From the NCBI GenBank assembly GCA_964369805.1, contig CAYJFM010000002.1, positions 3,376-67,375 on the forward strand: a stretch of 64,000 nucleotides of DNA, in the 5' to 3' direction. Origin of the DNA: an uncultured Oscillospiraceae bacterium. Its GTDB lineage: Bacteria > Bacillota > Clostridia > Peptostreptococcales > Anaerovoracaceae. Positions within the stretch are counted from its first letter, which is position 1; the number at the start of each line of letters is the position of its first letter. The translations under genes and the position numbers were made by a program. Under the pieces are notes generated by a model. The model was not told where the DNA came from and ran no database searches. It was given only the letters and a program-made list of their open reading frames with translations. Positions 18,828 through 27,770 of this stretch are shown one piece after another.

Positions 18828-20240
18828 TTATAAGGCAAATCTTTCTATCGCCTCTGATACTCCGTCAAATTCATTGGTAGACACGATGTATTGCGCTACC
18901 TTTTTAACCTCTGGATTACCATTACCCATTGCTATTTTAATTCCTGCAAGCTTAAGCATTGCAATATCATTGCTATTATCCCCGCAAGCCATCACTTCAC
19001 TTTTACTTATATTAAACTTCTTCATTAAAACTTTCAGTGCAGATGCCTTACTAGTTGTCTTGCCGCCTATTTCCCAATTGCTTCCTAAAGAGGTTGTTAT
19101 AGTTACCTCTGGAATTCTATCAAGACCAGTTTTAGCCGCAGCCCTTTCGTCTAAATCGTTATAGAAAATATTTATATTCTCAATATCCTCACTATTTTCT
19201 CTTATGAATTGAAAAATATTATCAAGAGGTGTTCTTGTATCTAAAACATACTGCCTATGTCTATATGTTATTCCTCCATTTTTAATTTCTTCATATTTTT
19301 CTCTTTCCATGTAGGCCTCCCCATCTACAAAGACCTCTATCATATTTTTATTTCCTTGAAGAGCAGAGATTACGCCTTCAATTGCGTCTTTATCAATGCA
19401 GTTTTTTTCTACGGTTTTACCAGTTGACAATTCTTTTGTCAAACCTCCATTTGATGTCACTACATACTCTATACCATCAAATTCTTTAACCTCATCTGGT
19501 ATAGCACTAAAGCACCTACCTGTCGCAACTACTACATGAATTCCTTTCTCCACAGCCTTCTTCAGTGTCTCCTTATTCTTTTGAGATAGTTTTCCTTCTT
19601 TGTTTAATGTTGTTCCATCTAGATCTAGGGCTATTAGCTTTATTTCATTTTTCTTTGCAGTTTTCATTATTTCATTATATTCATTGTTAATATTTCTTAC
19701 TTTTTTCATAGTGCAGCCGTCACCATGTCCAGGGTTAATAAACATTTCATTACTCCAAATTGAAATAATATCTGTAATTGATTTTTCCATTTCATTTTGG
19801 TTTCCGTCTTCTAGATCAGTTCTTCCTAGGTCTACATTAAAAATTGTGTCTCCCGTAAAAACCTGATTAGCTTTTTTATTTAAGAAACAGCTACTCCCCC
19901 AGGTATGGCCTGGTGTATTGACTACAATGAACTCTTCGCTTCCAATAGAAAACGTTTCCAAATGTTCTAAATAATGCGCTGGGTGTTGGTACATGTCCCC
20001 ATCTAATCTATGTATGAAAACAGGGCAGGAAAACTCATTTTTTATCTTTTCTACACCCCCAACGTGGTCGTAATGATGATGGGTTAAGTATATTCCTTTC
20101 AATTTATAACCTTCTTTTTTTATTATTTCAATAAAACTATCAGGGTTGTATCCTGGGTCAATAATTATAGCTTCTCCTGAGTCTGAAACAATGTATCCAT
20201 TTGCTTCATAAGTCCCCCCAATAAGTCGTTTGATTTTCAT
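18828..20240 (-). CDS. Fusion protein: N-terminal MBL-fold metallo-hydrolase plus C-terminal Cof-type HAD-IIB phosphatase
   Basis: The track gives 18828..20261. MKIKRLIGG is the likelier start. MBL motif THHHYDHVGG; HAD motif I IALDLDGTTLN; motif IV MACGDNSNDIAML. Confidence 0.85.
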   Translation of the reverse strand: MKIKRLIGGTYEANGYIVSDSGEAIIIDPGYNPDSFIEIIKKEGYKLKGIYLTHHHYDHVGGVEKIKNEFSCPVFIHRLDGDMYQHPAHYLEHLETFSIGSEEFIVVNTPGHTWGSSCFLNKKANQVFTGDTIFNVDLGRTDLEDGNQNEMEKSITDIISIWSNEMFINPGHGDGCTMKKVRNINNEYNEIMKTAKKNEIKLIALDLDGTTLNKEGKLSQKNKETLKKAVEKGIHVVVATGRCFSAIPDEVKEFDGIEYVVTSNGGLTKELSTGKTVEKNCIDKDAIEGVISALQGNKNMIEVFVDGEAYMEREKYEEIKNGGITYRHRQYVLDTRTPLDNIFQFIRENSEDIENINIFYNDLDERAAAKTGLDRIPEVTITTSLGSNWEIGGKTTSKASALKVLMKKFNISKSEVMACGDNSNDIAMLKLAGIKIAMGNGNPEVKKVAQYIVSTNEFDGVSEAIERFAL

Positions 20241-20337
20241 TTTTGCTTTTCCTTTCCACATTTTTTATGTACCTCTTATTTTATCACAAAAAATCAAGGT
20301 TTTTTTGCACTATTTTCCTTTAACTTTCAAATACTCC

Positions 20338-20365
20338 TTGATAATTTGTGTAATAGTGCTACAAT
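20338..20365 (+). promoter_or_regulatory. Candidate sigma-A promoter for trkA-trkH-trkH
   Basis: TTGATA-N16-TACAAT with TGC upstream of the -10, ~75 nt before the trkA ATG. Confidence 0.5.
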
Positions 20366-20441
20366 ACTATAGTACAAATGTAATTATTACGTAATGTATA
20401 GATATAAATGATGAGTTTTCTCATCTAGAAAGAAGGAAAAA

Positions 20442-21788
20442 ATGAAGATAGTCATAGTGGGTGCAGGCAAGCTTGGGCTAAGAGTAGCAGAAGCTCTTAT
20501 CGGTGGCGACCACTCAATTACAATGATAGATAATGATGAGGCAGCATTAAATAACCTCTCATCACAACTTGATGTAATGACAGTTTTCGCTAATGGTAAA
20601 CAAATCTCTGTATTAAAGGATATTCATATAGATTCCTATGATTTTCTTATTGCAACTACAGATAGTGATGAAACAAATATTTTAATCTGTAATTTTGCAA
20701 AAAAACTTGGTTGTGAAAGGGTTATAGCTAGAGTGCGCGACCCAGAACATGTAAATCAATTAGGTTTTATAAAGGAAGCAACTGGAATTGATCATATAAT
20801 AAATCCTGACTATTCTATTGCTGTGGAAATCTATAAGTTCTTAGCAGAAAAATATACTCTCAGTGGTGGTGTCTATACCAATGGTAAGGTAGCCCTTGCA
20901 GAGATTCGTACATATAAAATGCCAAAGCTAATTGGGACAACTCCAAGTGATATACGTATCGCCCTAAAAAATGCTCAAATTGCTGCGATTTCCAGAAACG
21001 GTAAAGTTATCATCCCAACTAAAGACATAGTCATAGAAAGCGAAGACGAGCTTTATGTAATAGGTGCAAGAGATGATATTCTAAAGCTAAATTCAAAAGT
21101 AAAAGAAAGAGGCAAGTATACTGACCTTCAAAAGGTTATGATTATTGGTGGTGGAAAAACCGCCCTATTCCTTTCTCAAAAATTAAGCGATTTTGGTGCC
21201 TCTGTAAAAATTATCGAACGGAATAAGGCAAGATGTCATTATTTATCTGAGCATCTTGAGGATGTTATGATTTTGCATGGTGATGGCTCTGACCTTACCC
21301 TTTTAGAGGAAGAAAATCTAGAAGAAATGGACGCTTTTGTAACAACAACGGGCTTCGATGAAGATAACTTACTACTAGCATTAGTAGCAAAAAGGCATGG
21401 TATAGAAGATGTAATTGCAAAAGTAAGCCGTGACATTTACGAAGATATTGTATCTAGTTTAGGCGTAGATATGGCTCTTAACCCTCTAGACATTACTGCT
21501 AGTGAAATACTCAGAAAAATTCAAGGTACTAGCAAAGTTATCAGTTCTCAACTAATTCAAGGGCAGGCTGAAACAATTGAAATTATAGCAACTAGTAGCA
21601 TGAAGCTCACTGGCAAGCCAATTAGATATGTTGGGCTTCCTTCTGGAGCTTTTGTTGCTGCTATAACAAGGGGCTCTGAGGTTATCATACCTACAGGAGA
21701 TAGCATAATTCAGGCCGGTGATAGGCTTAATATTTTATGCTTACTACATGACTTAGATTTACTAGAAAGATTACTAAGGACAAACTAA
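20442..21788 (+). CDS. trkA: Trk potassium uptake system NAD-binding subunit TrkA (two RCK modules)
   Basis: 448 aa. KIVIVGAGKLG and a second IIGGGKTA Rossmann motif. Confidence 0.93.
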   Translation: MKIVIVGAGKLGLRVAEALIGGDHSITMIDNDEAALNNLSSQLDVMTVFANGKQISVLKDIHIDSYDFLIATTDSDETNILICNFAKKLGCERVIARVRDPEHVNQLGFIKEATGIDHIINPDYSIAVEIYKFLAEKYTLSGGVYTNGKVALAEIRTYKMPKLIGTTPSDIRIALKNAQIAAISRNGKVIIPTKDIVIESEDELYVIGARDDILKLNSKVKERGKYTDLQKVMIIGGGKTALFLSQKLSDFGASVKIIERNKARCHYLSEHLEDVMILHGDGSDLTLLEEENLEEMDAFVTTTGFDEDNLLLALVAKRHGIEDVIAKVSRDIYEDIVSSLGVDMALNPLDITASEILRKIQGTSKVISSQLIQGQAETIEIIATSSMKLTGKPIRYVGLPSGAFVAAITRGSEVIIPTGDSIIQAGDRLNILCLLHDLDLLERLLRTN

Positions 21789-23257
21789 TGGATCTGCATT
21801 TACGAGTACACTTAAAAATAATGGGCATGCTATTTATTGTGCTAGGGATTGCCATGGTCTTCCCTGCTATAGTGGGCATAATTTATGGAGAGAGTGAAAC
21901 AGTTTACTCTTTTCTTGCTGTCTCTTTCTTTGCAATATTTGCTGGCTTTTCAGTTCTTTTCTTTGTTGGAGACCCTAAAGAAAGGAAAAAATTCAAATTA
22001 AGGGATGGTCTTTTAATTGTTAGTGAAACTTGGCTAATTGCTTCACTAATCGGGGCCCTTCCCTTTTATATTTCTGGCTCTATTCCTAGCTTTGTTGATG
22101 CTTTTTTTGAAACTGCATCTGGTCTTAGTACTACAGGTGCCTCTATCCTAAGTGATATCGAGGCATTACCAAAAAGCATGTTATTTTGGCGTACCTTCAC
22201 TCATTGGATTGGCGGTATGGGTATAATTGTGCTTGCTGTTGCTATTTTGCCTGCTCTTGGAATCGGTGGGCAGTTTATTATGCAAGCAGAAACTACTGGG
22301 CCTACTTTATCAAAGGTTTTGCCAAAAATTAAGGATACTGCAAAGGTTTTATATATTCTATATTTCAGTTTAACTGTTTTAGAAACCTTGTTACTATGGG
22401 CTGGTGGTATGTCTGCGTTTGATGCTATTTGTCATTCTTTTGCTACTGTTGGAACAGGTGGCTTTGCAAATTATAACGCAGGATTAGGTCATTTCGATAG
22501 TGCCTATATTGATGGTGTAGTAACACTTTTCATGTTTATTTGTGGCGCAAGCTTTTCTTTGCATTTCCTTGCATTTTCAAAGGGCCCTAAAATTTATTTT
22601 AAAGATAGCGAATTTAAGGGGTATTTTTTTATTGTTTTAGTTATTACTATTGTTCTAACTTTCTACCTCTTTTCTTTCGGTACATATTCACAGTTGGCAG
22701 AATCCTTTAGGTACTCTGTTTTTCAGGTGGTTTCAATTGTCACCACTACTGGTTTTGCAACTACAGATTATATCCTTTGGCCAATGTTCGCGCAGTTCCT
22801 ATTACTGTTATTATTTTTTACGGGAGCCTGCTCTTCATCCACTGCTGGAGGTATAAAAATAATTCGTATATTAGTCATGGGTAAGTTCATACAAAGAACT
22901 ACAGCTCTTAAATTACATCCTAATCATATTGCTACCATTAAACTTGATGGTAAGCCAGTTAGTAATGAAACAGTTTCTAATATTACTAGTTTGATTATGC
23001 TTTATTTTCTAACTTTAGCAATAGGAACTATCCTTGTTTCTTTCGATGGTCATGATTTAGTTACTACATTCACCGCAGTGGCTTCGTCTGTGGGAAATGT
23101 TGGTCCAGGGTTTAATGATGTGGGTCCTATGTTTAACTATGGTGATTTTTCCGATTTCTCTAAGATAGTTCTTTCACTTCTTATGATTGCAGGGAGGCTT
23201 GAAATATATACATTCTTCATGCTTCTTTCAACTAAGTTTTGGAATCCATATAAGTAA
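21788..23257 (+). CDS. trkH: Trk potassium transporter membrane subunit TrkH (copy 1)
   Basis: 489 aa. Multi-TM; selectivity-filter-like repeats SGLSTTGAS, TVGTGGF, TTTGFAT. Start overlaps the trkA stop. Confidence 0.92.
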   Translation: MDLHLRVHLKIMGMLFIVLGIAMVFPAIVGIIYGESETVYSFLAVSFFAIFAGFSVLFFVGDPKERKKFKLRDGLLIVSETWLIASLIGALPFYISGSIPSFVDAFFETASGLSTTGASILSDIEALPKSMLFWRTFTHWIGGMGIIVLAVAILPALGIGGQFIMQAETTGPTLSKVLPKIKDTAKVLYILYFSLTVLETLLLWAGGMSAFDAICHSFATVGTGGFANYNAGLGHFDSAYIDGVVTLFMFICGASFSLHFLAFSKGPKIYFKDSEFKGYFFIVLVITIVLTFYLFSFGTYSQLAESFRYSVFQVVSIVTTTGFATTDYILWPMFAQFLLLLLFFTGACSSSTAGGIKIIRILVMGKFIQRTTALKLHPNHIATIKLDGKPVSNETVSNITSLIMLYFLTLAIGTILVSFDGHDLVTTFTAVASSVGNVGPGFNDVGPMFNYGDFSDFSKIVLSLLMIAGRLEIYTFFMLLSTKFWNPYK

Positions 23258-23268
23258 GGAGGGTTATA

Positions 23269-24753
23269 GTGAGTTTTAATTACAAGGCACTTGCAAAAGT
23301 ACTTTCAATAATTTTCTTGGTAAATGGAGTTGCTCTGCTAACACCTATTCCTTTTGCTATCTATTATGATGATTTACCTGTTTCCACCTTTTTAGGGCCA
23401 GCTGCAGTCTCATTAGCCTTAGCTTCAATAGGGTATAGTATCTTTAGAGGTGTATCATCAGCTCTTCGAATTAGAGATGCTTATCTGGCAGTAATATTTT
23501 GCTGGTTAGTGTGGTCAGTTTTTGGTGCCTTTCCATATTACACCTCTGGCCTTTCCGAGACTTACATAGACGCTTATTTTGAAGCAGTTTCAGGCTACAC
23601 AACTACTGGAGCGACCTTGCTCCATGAATGGACCTTTCCTCATAGCTTAGCATTTTGGCGAGTGCTAACACATTGGCTTGGGGGAATGGGTATTCTAATA
23701 TTTATTATTTCTGTCCTTCCTTCTTTTGGGGTAGGTAGCCAACGGATTGCAGCTGCAGAAGCTCCTGGTCCTGGTTTTAACAAGACTTCAGCAAAGATGG
23801 GAGATCTGGCTAGACAATTATATTTAATCTATGTAGCCTTAACACTTATAGTCTTTTTACTCTTTGTTTTTGCCCCAGGGAAGCCAATGGATGTGTTTGA
23901 TGCTTTAATAAATGCTATGGGTTGTGTAAGTACAGCTGGTCTCTTCCTCCATGCGGAAGGAATAGCCTACTATGATAGTATCTATATTGAAACAGTAATT
24001 TCTATTTTCACTATTCTATCTGCTATTAACTTTGTACTTTACCTTCACATTCTGCAAAAGAATTTCTCGGATCTTAAGTCAAATGTTGAAATAAAAGTTT
24101 TTCTTCTAATGATTGCTGTTATGGGTTTAATTGTTTCACTAGCTCTTTGGATTTCAGGGACTTACCCTACTATGCTTGAGTCCTTTAGGCATGGTCTCTT
24201 CCAGACTATTTCGTTTATTACTACCACAGGTTATACTCTCGGGGACTACACTCAGTGGCCTACAATTGCTATGGCGGTACTGTTCTCAACCTTATTTATA
24301 GGAGGGTGCGCCGCTTCTACCAGTGGCTCTGTTAAGGTGATTCGTGTTATTGTCGCTTTTAAGCTTATTTCGAGGGGATTTTATAAAAGACTACACCCTA
24401 GAGCTGTTAGAAGTATAAGGCTTGGTGGAAAAAATATATCTTCACCAATGGTTAACTCAATCTCCGCTTTTATCATTATGTTTTTTGGAACTTTTATAAT
24501 TGGGAGCCTAGTTCTTTCACTTCAAAATCTAGATATGGAAACTACACTTAGTGCCACCGCTTCCTTAATGTCAAGTACTGGGATTTCTTTTGGTGAGATC
24601 GGAGGAAGTGCTAATTACGCTATTTTTGATTCTCAGCTTCTTAGACTGTTTATGACACTGTTGATGATAGTTGGTAGATTGGAACTATTTACAGTTTTCT
24701 TATTGTTTATGCCTAGTTTCTGGGATCCTGATAGGACTAGTACTAATCGATAG
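23269..24753 (+). CDS. trkH: TrkH-family potassium transporter (copy 2, GTG start)
   Basis: 494 aa paralogue (SGYTTTGAT, TTTGYTL). GGAGGG RBS before the GTG. Confidence 0.9.
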   Translation: MSFNYKALAKVLSIIFLVNGVALLTPIPFAIYYDDLPVSTFLGPAAVSLALASIGYSIFRGVSSALRIRDAYLAVIFCWLVWSVFGAFPYYTSGLSETYIDAYFEAVSGYTTTGATLLHEWTFPHSLAFWRVLTHWLGGMGILIFIISVLPSFGVGSQRIAAAEAPGPGFNKTSAKMGDLARQLYLIYVALTLIVFLLFVFAPGKPMDVFDALINAMGCVSTAGLFLHAEGIAYYDSIYIETVISIFTILSAINFVLYLHILQKNFSDLKSNVEIKVFLLMIAVMGLIVSLALWISGTYPTMLESFRHGLFQTISFITTTGYTLGDYTQWPTIAMAVLFSTLFIGGCAASTSGSVKVIRVIVAFKLISRGFYKRLHPRAVRSIRLGGKNISSPMVNSISAFIIMFFGTFIIGSLVLSLQNLDMETTLSATASLMSSTGISFGEIGGSANYAIFDSQLLRLFMTLLMIVGRLELFTVFLLFMPSFWDPDRTSTNR

Positions 24754-24771
24754 TTATTAAATATAGTAATT

Positions 24772-24801
24772 AAAAAAGAAGCCTTTTAAAGCTTCTTTTT
24801 T
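24772..24801. terminator. Bidirectional terminator between trkH2 (+) and the EamA gene (-)
   Basis: AAAAAAGAAGC-CTTTTAAA-GCTTCTTTTTT. Confidence 0.75.
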
Positions 24802-24835
24802 AGTAAAATACTAATATAAGGCTACCTGCATTACG

Positions 24836-25750
24836 TTATCTTTTATGACTTTTTCTTAAAAATTCAAATTTGGTTTCTGAACATATTATAGCTATAAAGA
24901 TTAACACAAAGCCGATAATCATTCTTGAGTTTGGATCATCTAGACCTACTATGATTGATATGATTACTGCAAAGGGTCCCTCTAAGGAAAATATAATTCC
25001 TGCTGTTGATGGGTTTGTATACCTTTGAGTTAAATTTTGAATTAAAAATGCTAATACAGATGAAAATATAACCAAAAATAATATCTGAAAAATAGTTTCA
25101 GCTGGTATGGATTTTGGCATCTCGCTTGTGAATGTAGTTGCTATGATTCCAAATAACGCCACAAATCCAAATTGAACAGTAGTTATTAGGAGTACATCGT
25201 TATCTTTTATTAGCTTTCCTACAGAAATAATTGTACATGCAAAGAAAAAAGCTACCATTATGCCAAGCACTGTTCCAAGGCCTCCAGTTATGTTCCCAGT
25301 CAAGGAAATAAACCCAATTCCAATCACCGCTAATATACTGCCAATTATATTATATTTATTTGGTCTTTTTTTATCCACAAGCCAATATAAGAATGGTACC
25401 ATTATGCAGTATATGCTAGTTAAAAAGCCCGTTGTTCCTGGAGTTGTAATATCGAGTGTTAATATTTGCGTTGCATATGTCAGAAATAAAAAAGTTCCAA
25501 TTATTGCGCCTTTCCAAATATATTCAACATTGATTTTTTTCCATCGTTTCCCTGTAATAACTGCCAAAATAAGAAACGCAGCTGAAAACCTTACGGCAAT
25601 TAATGCTAAAGGGTCTAAGACCTCTAAAACGCCTTTTGAAACTACAACTGCGCTAGCCCATAATATAGGTGCTAAAATCAATAAATTTTTAGGGTTGAAT
25701 TTACCTTCAACCCTATTTATAGTATATGTATCTTTCATGAGAAACCTCAA
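24836..25750 (-). CDS. DMT-superfamily (EamA-type) transporter
   Basis: 304 aa, ~10 TM helices with two EamA-like halves. It lies 53 nt downstream of the thioesterase on the same strand. Confidence 0.8.
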   Translation of the reverse strand: MRFLMKDTYTINRVEGKFNPKNLLILAPILWASAVVVSKGVLEVLDPLALIAVRFSAAFLILAVITGKRWKKINVEYIWKGAIIGTFLFLTYATQILTLDITTPGTTGFLTSIYCIMVPFLYWLVDKKRPNKYNIIGSILAVIGIGFISLTGNITGGLGTVLGIMVAFFFACTIISVGKLIKDNDVLLITTVQFGFVALFGIIATTFTSEMPKSIPAETIFQILFLVIFSSVLAFLIQNLTQRYTNPSTAGIIFSLEGPFAVIISIIVGLDDPNSRMIIGFVLIFIAIICSETKFEFLRKSHKR

Positions 25751-25803
25751 TCCTATTAGATTAACTTCTAATTATATGTTAAGTTCTTATTTTAATCTGT
25801 AAA

Positions 25804-26217
25804 CTACTCTCCGAAAATTTTTCTCATTAACTTGCCAAAAGGTTTACTTTTTCTATTAACTGAGTCATAGCTAACAAATATAGATTCTAACCTAACCAAG
25901 GCATCATCTTCTCCCTCTCTAAAAATTTCAAATAGCATTGTTACGCTTGAATTTCCAAGGCGAAGGATTTTCATCCCAATATCCAAATCATCCCCTTCAA
26001 AAGCACTAGAAATATATTCTATAGTATTTTTTCTATGACAAATTTCAGCTTCATGATTTACCACTAACTCTTTATAAGTATACCCTTTACTTCTAAAGTA
26101 ACTTTCTATTGCTTCTTCTGTATATATTATATAGTTTGCATTATGAACTATTCCTTGAGGGTCTGCTTCATTAAATCTGACTCTTACTGATGTAAAAAAA
26201 TCAAAGTCTTTCCTCAT
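25804..26217 (-). CDS. 4HBT/YbgC-type hot-dog acyl-CoA thioesterase
   Basis: 137 aa. VRVRFNEADPQGIVHNANY is the YbgC-like catalytic Asp motif. The start overlaps the ferredoxin gene by 17 nt. Confidence 0.85.
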   Translation of the reverse strand: MRKDFDFFTSVRVRFNEADPQGIVHNANYIIYTEEAIESYFRSKGYTYKELVVNHEAEICHRKNTIEYISSAFEGDDLDIGMKILRLGNSSVTMLFEIFREGEDDALVRLESIFVSYDSVNRKSKPFGKLMRKIFGE

Positions 26218-26479
26218 CTTCTGTTCTCCTTTGCTTCATTAATGCTGCATACCTTTTATTTGCAGCTCTAGTACTAGTAGAAGCTTTTCTAACTTTATGA
26301 TGAAAAGCTTTAACATCGCAAATATCTACACAGTAACCACAGTTAATACATAGTTTGAAAGAGTCCACTGTAGGGGTTGGGCAAGCTTCCTTAGAAGCTT
26401 CAATAACCCCTTGAGGGCAAACAACTACACACTTATTACATCTAGTGCATTTTTTTGTGTCAACTGTAAATAGTTTCAT
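26201..26479 (-). CDS. Small 2x[4Fe-4S] ferredoxin-domain protein with a basic C-terminal tail
   Basis: 92 aa. CTRCNKCVVVCP and CINCGYCVDIC cluster motifs. The tail is RKASTSTRAANKRYAALMKQRR. Confidence 0.85.
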   Translation of the reverse strand: MKLFTVDTKKCTRCNKCVVVCPQGVIEASKEACPTPTVDSFKLCINCGYCVDICDVKAFHHKVRKASTSTRAANKRYAALMKQRRTEDEERL

Positions 26480-26495
26480 TTTTTCTCCCTTATAC

Positions 26496-27695
26496 TTAGG
26501 CTTGGTGCACAGCTCCTGATTCTAATAGTTCATTTATTCTTTCCTCAGTATAGCCTGCTTCACGTAGAATTTCAATGCTTTGGGCCCCAGGGAAATTTGA
26601 TGCTGGATTATATGGGTCCACTGGAGTCTTACTAAATTTTATTGGAGTATTTATAGCCATCATTTTTCCAACTGTTGGTTGCTCTATTTCTACAGCAACA
26701 TCTAGTTCTTTAGTTTGTGGAATATTTAAAAACTCAACAACGGTTTGAACTACTGATGCTGGTACCATTACATCCTTCAATTTTTTCTCCATATCTGCTT
26801 TGCATTGCTTAATAGTTGCAAGCTCGATAGCTTCAATTAAAACTTCCCTGTTAGCATTTCTCTCTTCATTACAAGCAAATCTTTCATCTCCAAGTAGTTC
26901 CTCAAGACCCATAGCCATGCAGAATCTCTTCCACTCTTCTTCTTTTGTTATTGCAACAGCGATATGTCCATCAGCGGCTGTAAACTCTCCAAAAGGAGCA
27001 AACCATGGATGGTGGTTTCCTGTTCTTGGAGTAAATTCACCCTTAACAGAATGTTCTAGAACTGCTCCCTCACACATGTAAAAAGCACAATCTAGCATTG
27101 CAATATCTACTCTAGTTCCTTCCCCAGTTTTTTGTCTATTTAGTAAAGCCATTGATAATCCGCGCAACAAGTTTAAGCCTGCCCATGTATCACACATTGA
27201 GAATCCAGGTTTAATTGGAACTTGTCCCTCATTTCCAGTTTGCCCAATGAGCCCGCTTCTTGCTGCTGCTATAATATCCATACAAGGTAGATGTGATAAT
27301 GGCCCGTAAGTACCAAAGCCTGCAATAGATCCATATATTATTTTTGGATTCACTTTGATCATTTCTTCATAACCTAGCCCTAATTTTTCTAAGGTTCCAG
27401 ACTTAAAGTTTTCAATAACTATATCTACATCCTTAACTAGCTCCATAACTAATTTTTTGCCTTCCTCAGAACGCATATCTATAGCTATCCCTTTTTTCCC
27501 TCTATTATACTGGCAAAAGTATAGACTCACATCGTTTACATATGGTCCATATTCTCTTGATAAGTCCCCTCCGCCTGGTCTTTCAATTTTTATCATTTCA
27601 GCACCTAGGTCAGCAAGGAGCATTCCACAAAACGGCGCTGCTAATACTTGAGAAAAGTCTAATATTTTTATTCCTTCTAGCAGTTTTTTATTCAT
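26496..27695 (-). CDS. Family III (CaiB/BaiF-type) CoA-transferase, paralogue 1
   Basis: The track gives 26496..27701 (MCMNKK...). LEGIKILDFSQVLAAPFCGMLLADLGAEMIKIERPGGGD N-terminal signature. Asp in PGFSMCDTWAG aligns by eye with the CaiB catalytic Asp. Confidence 0.9.
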   Translation of the reverse strand: MNKKLLEGIKILDFSQVLAAPFCGMLLADLGAEMIKIERPGGGDLSREYGPYVNDVSLYFCQYNRGKKGIAIDMRSEEGKKLVMELVKDVDIVIENFKSGTLEKLGLGYEEMIKVNPKIIYGSIAGFGTYGPLSHLPCMDIIAAARSGLIGQTGNEGQVPIKPGFSMCDTWAGLNLLRGLSMALLNRQKTGEGTRVDIAMLDCAFYMCEGAVLEHSVKGEFTPRTGNHHPWFAPFGEFTAADGHIAVAITKEEEWKRFCMAMGLEELLGDERFACNEERNANREVLIEAIELATIKQCKADMEKKLKDVMVPASVVQTVVEFLNIPQTKELDVAVEIEQPTVGKMMAINTPIKFSKTPVDPYNPASNFPGAQSIEILREAGYTEERINELLESGAVHQA

Positions 27696-27770
27696 ACACA
27701 TAATTGCTAAGCCCTACATTTAATAGTAATGGCTACGCACTCCTTTCTTCGTTACAATCCCATCCATTTC

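Noticed and set aside
20262-20441. c-di-AMP (ydaO/kimA-type) riboswitch upstream of the trk operon
   Set aside because: The leader is only ~75 nt after the predicted promoter and lacks the conserved GC-rich pseudo-twofold elements. Only short hairpins (GATGAG-TTTT-CTCATC) are present.
27655-27702. Apparent 1-nt frame discrepancy near 27660 when I hand-translated the 5' end of CoA-transferase paralogue 1
   Set aside because: The supplied ORF track reads continuously through this point (MCMNKKLLEGIKILDFSQ...), and flanking coordinates agree with the track. I attribute the discrepancy to my own reading of a homopolymer at a line break, not to a real frameshift or pseudogene. Hand-derived coordinates elsewhere may carry a 1-nt uncertainty.
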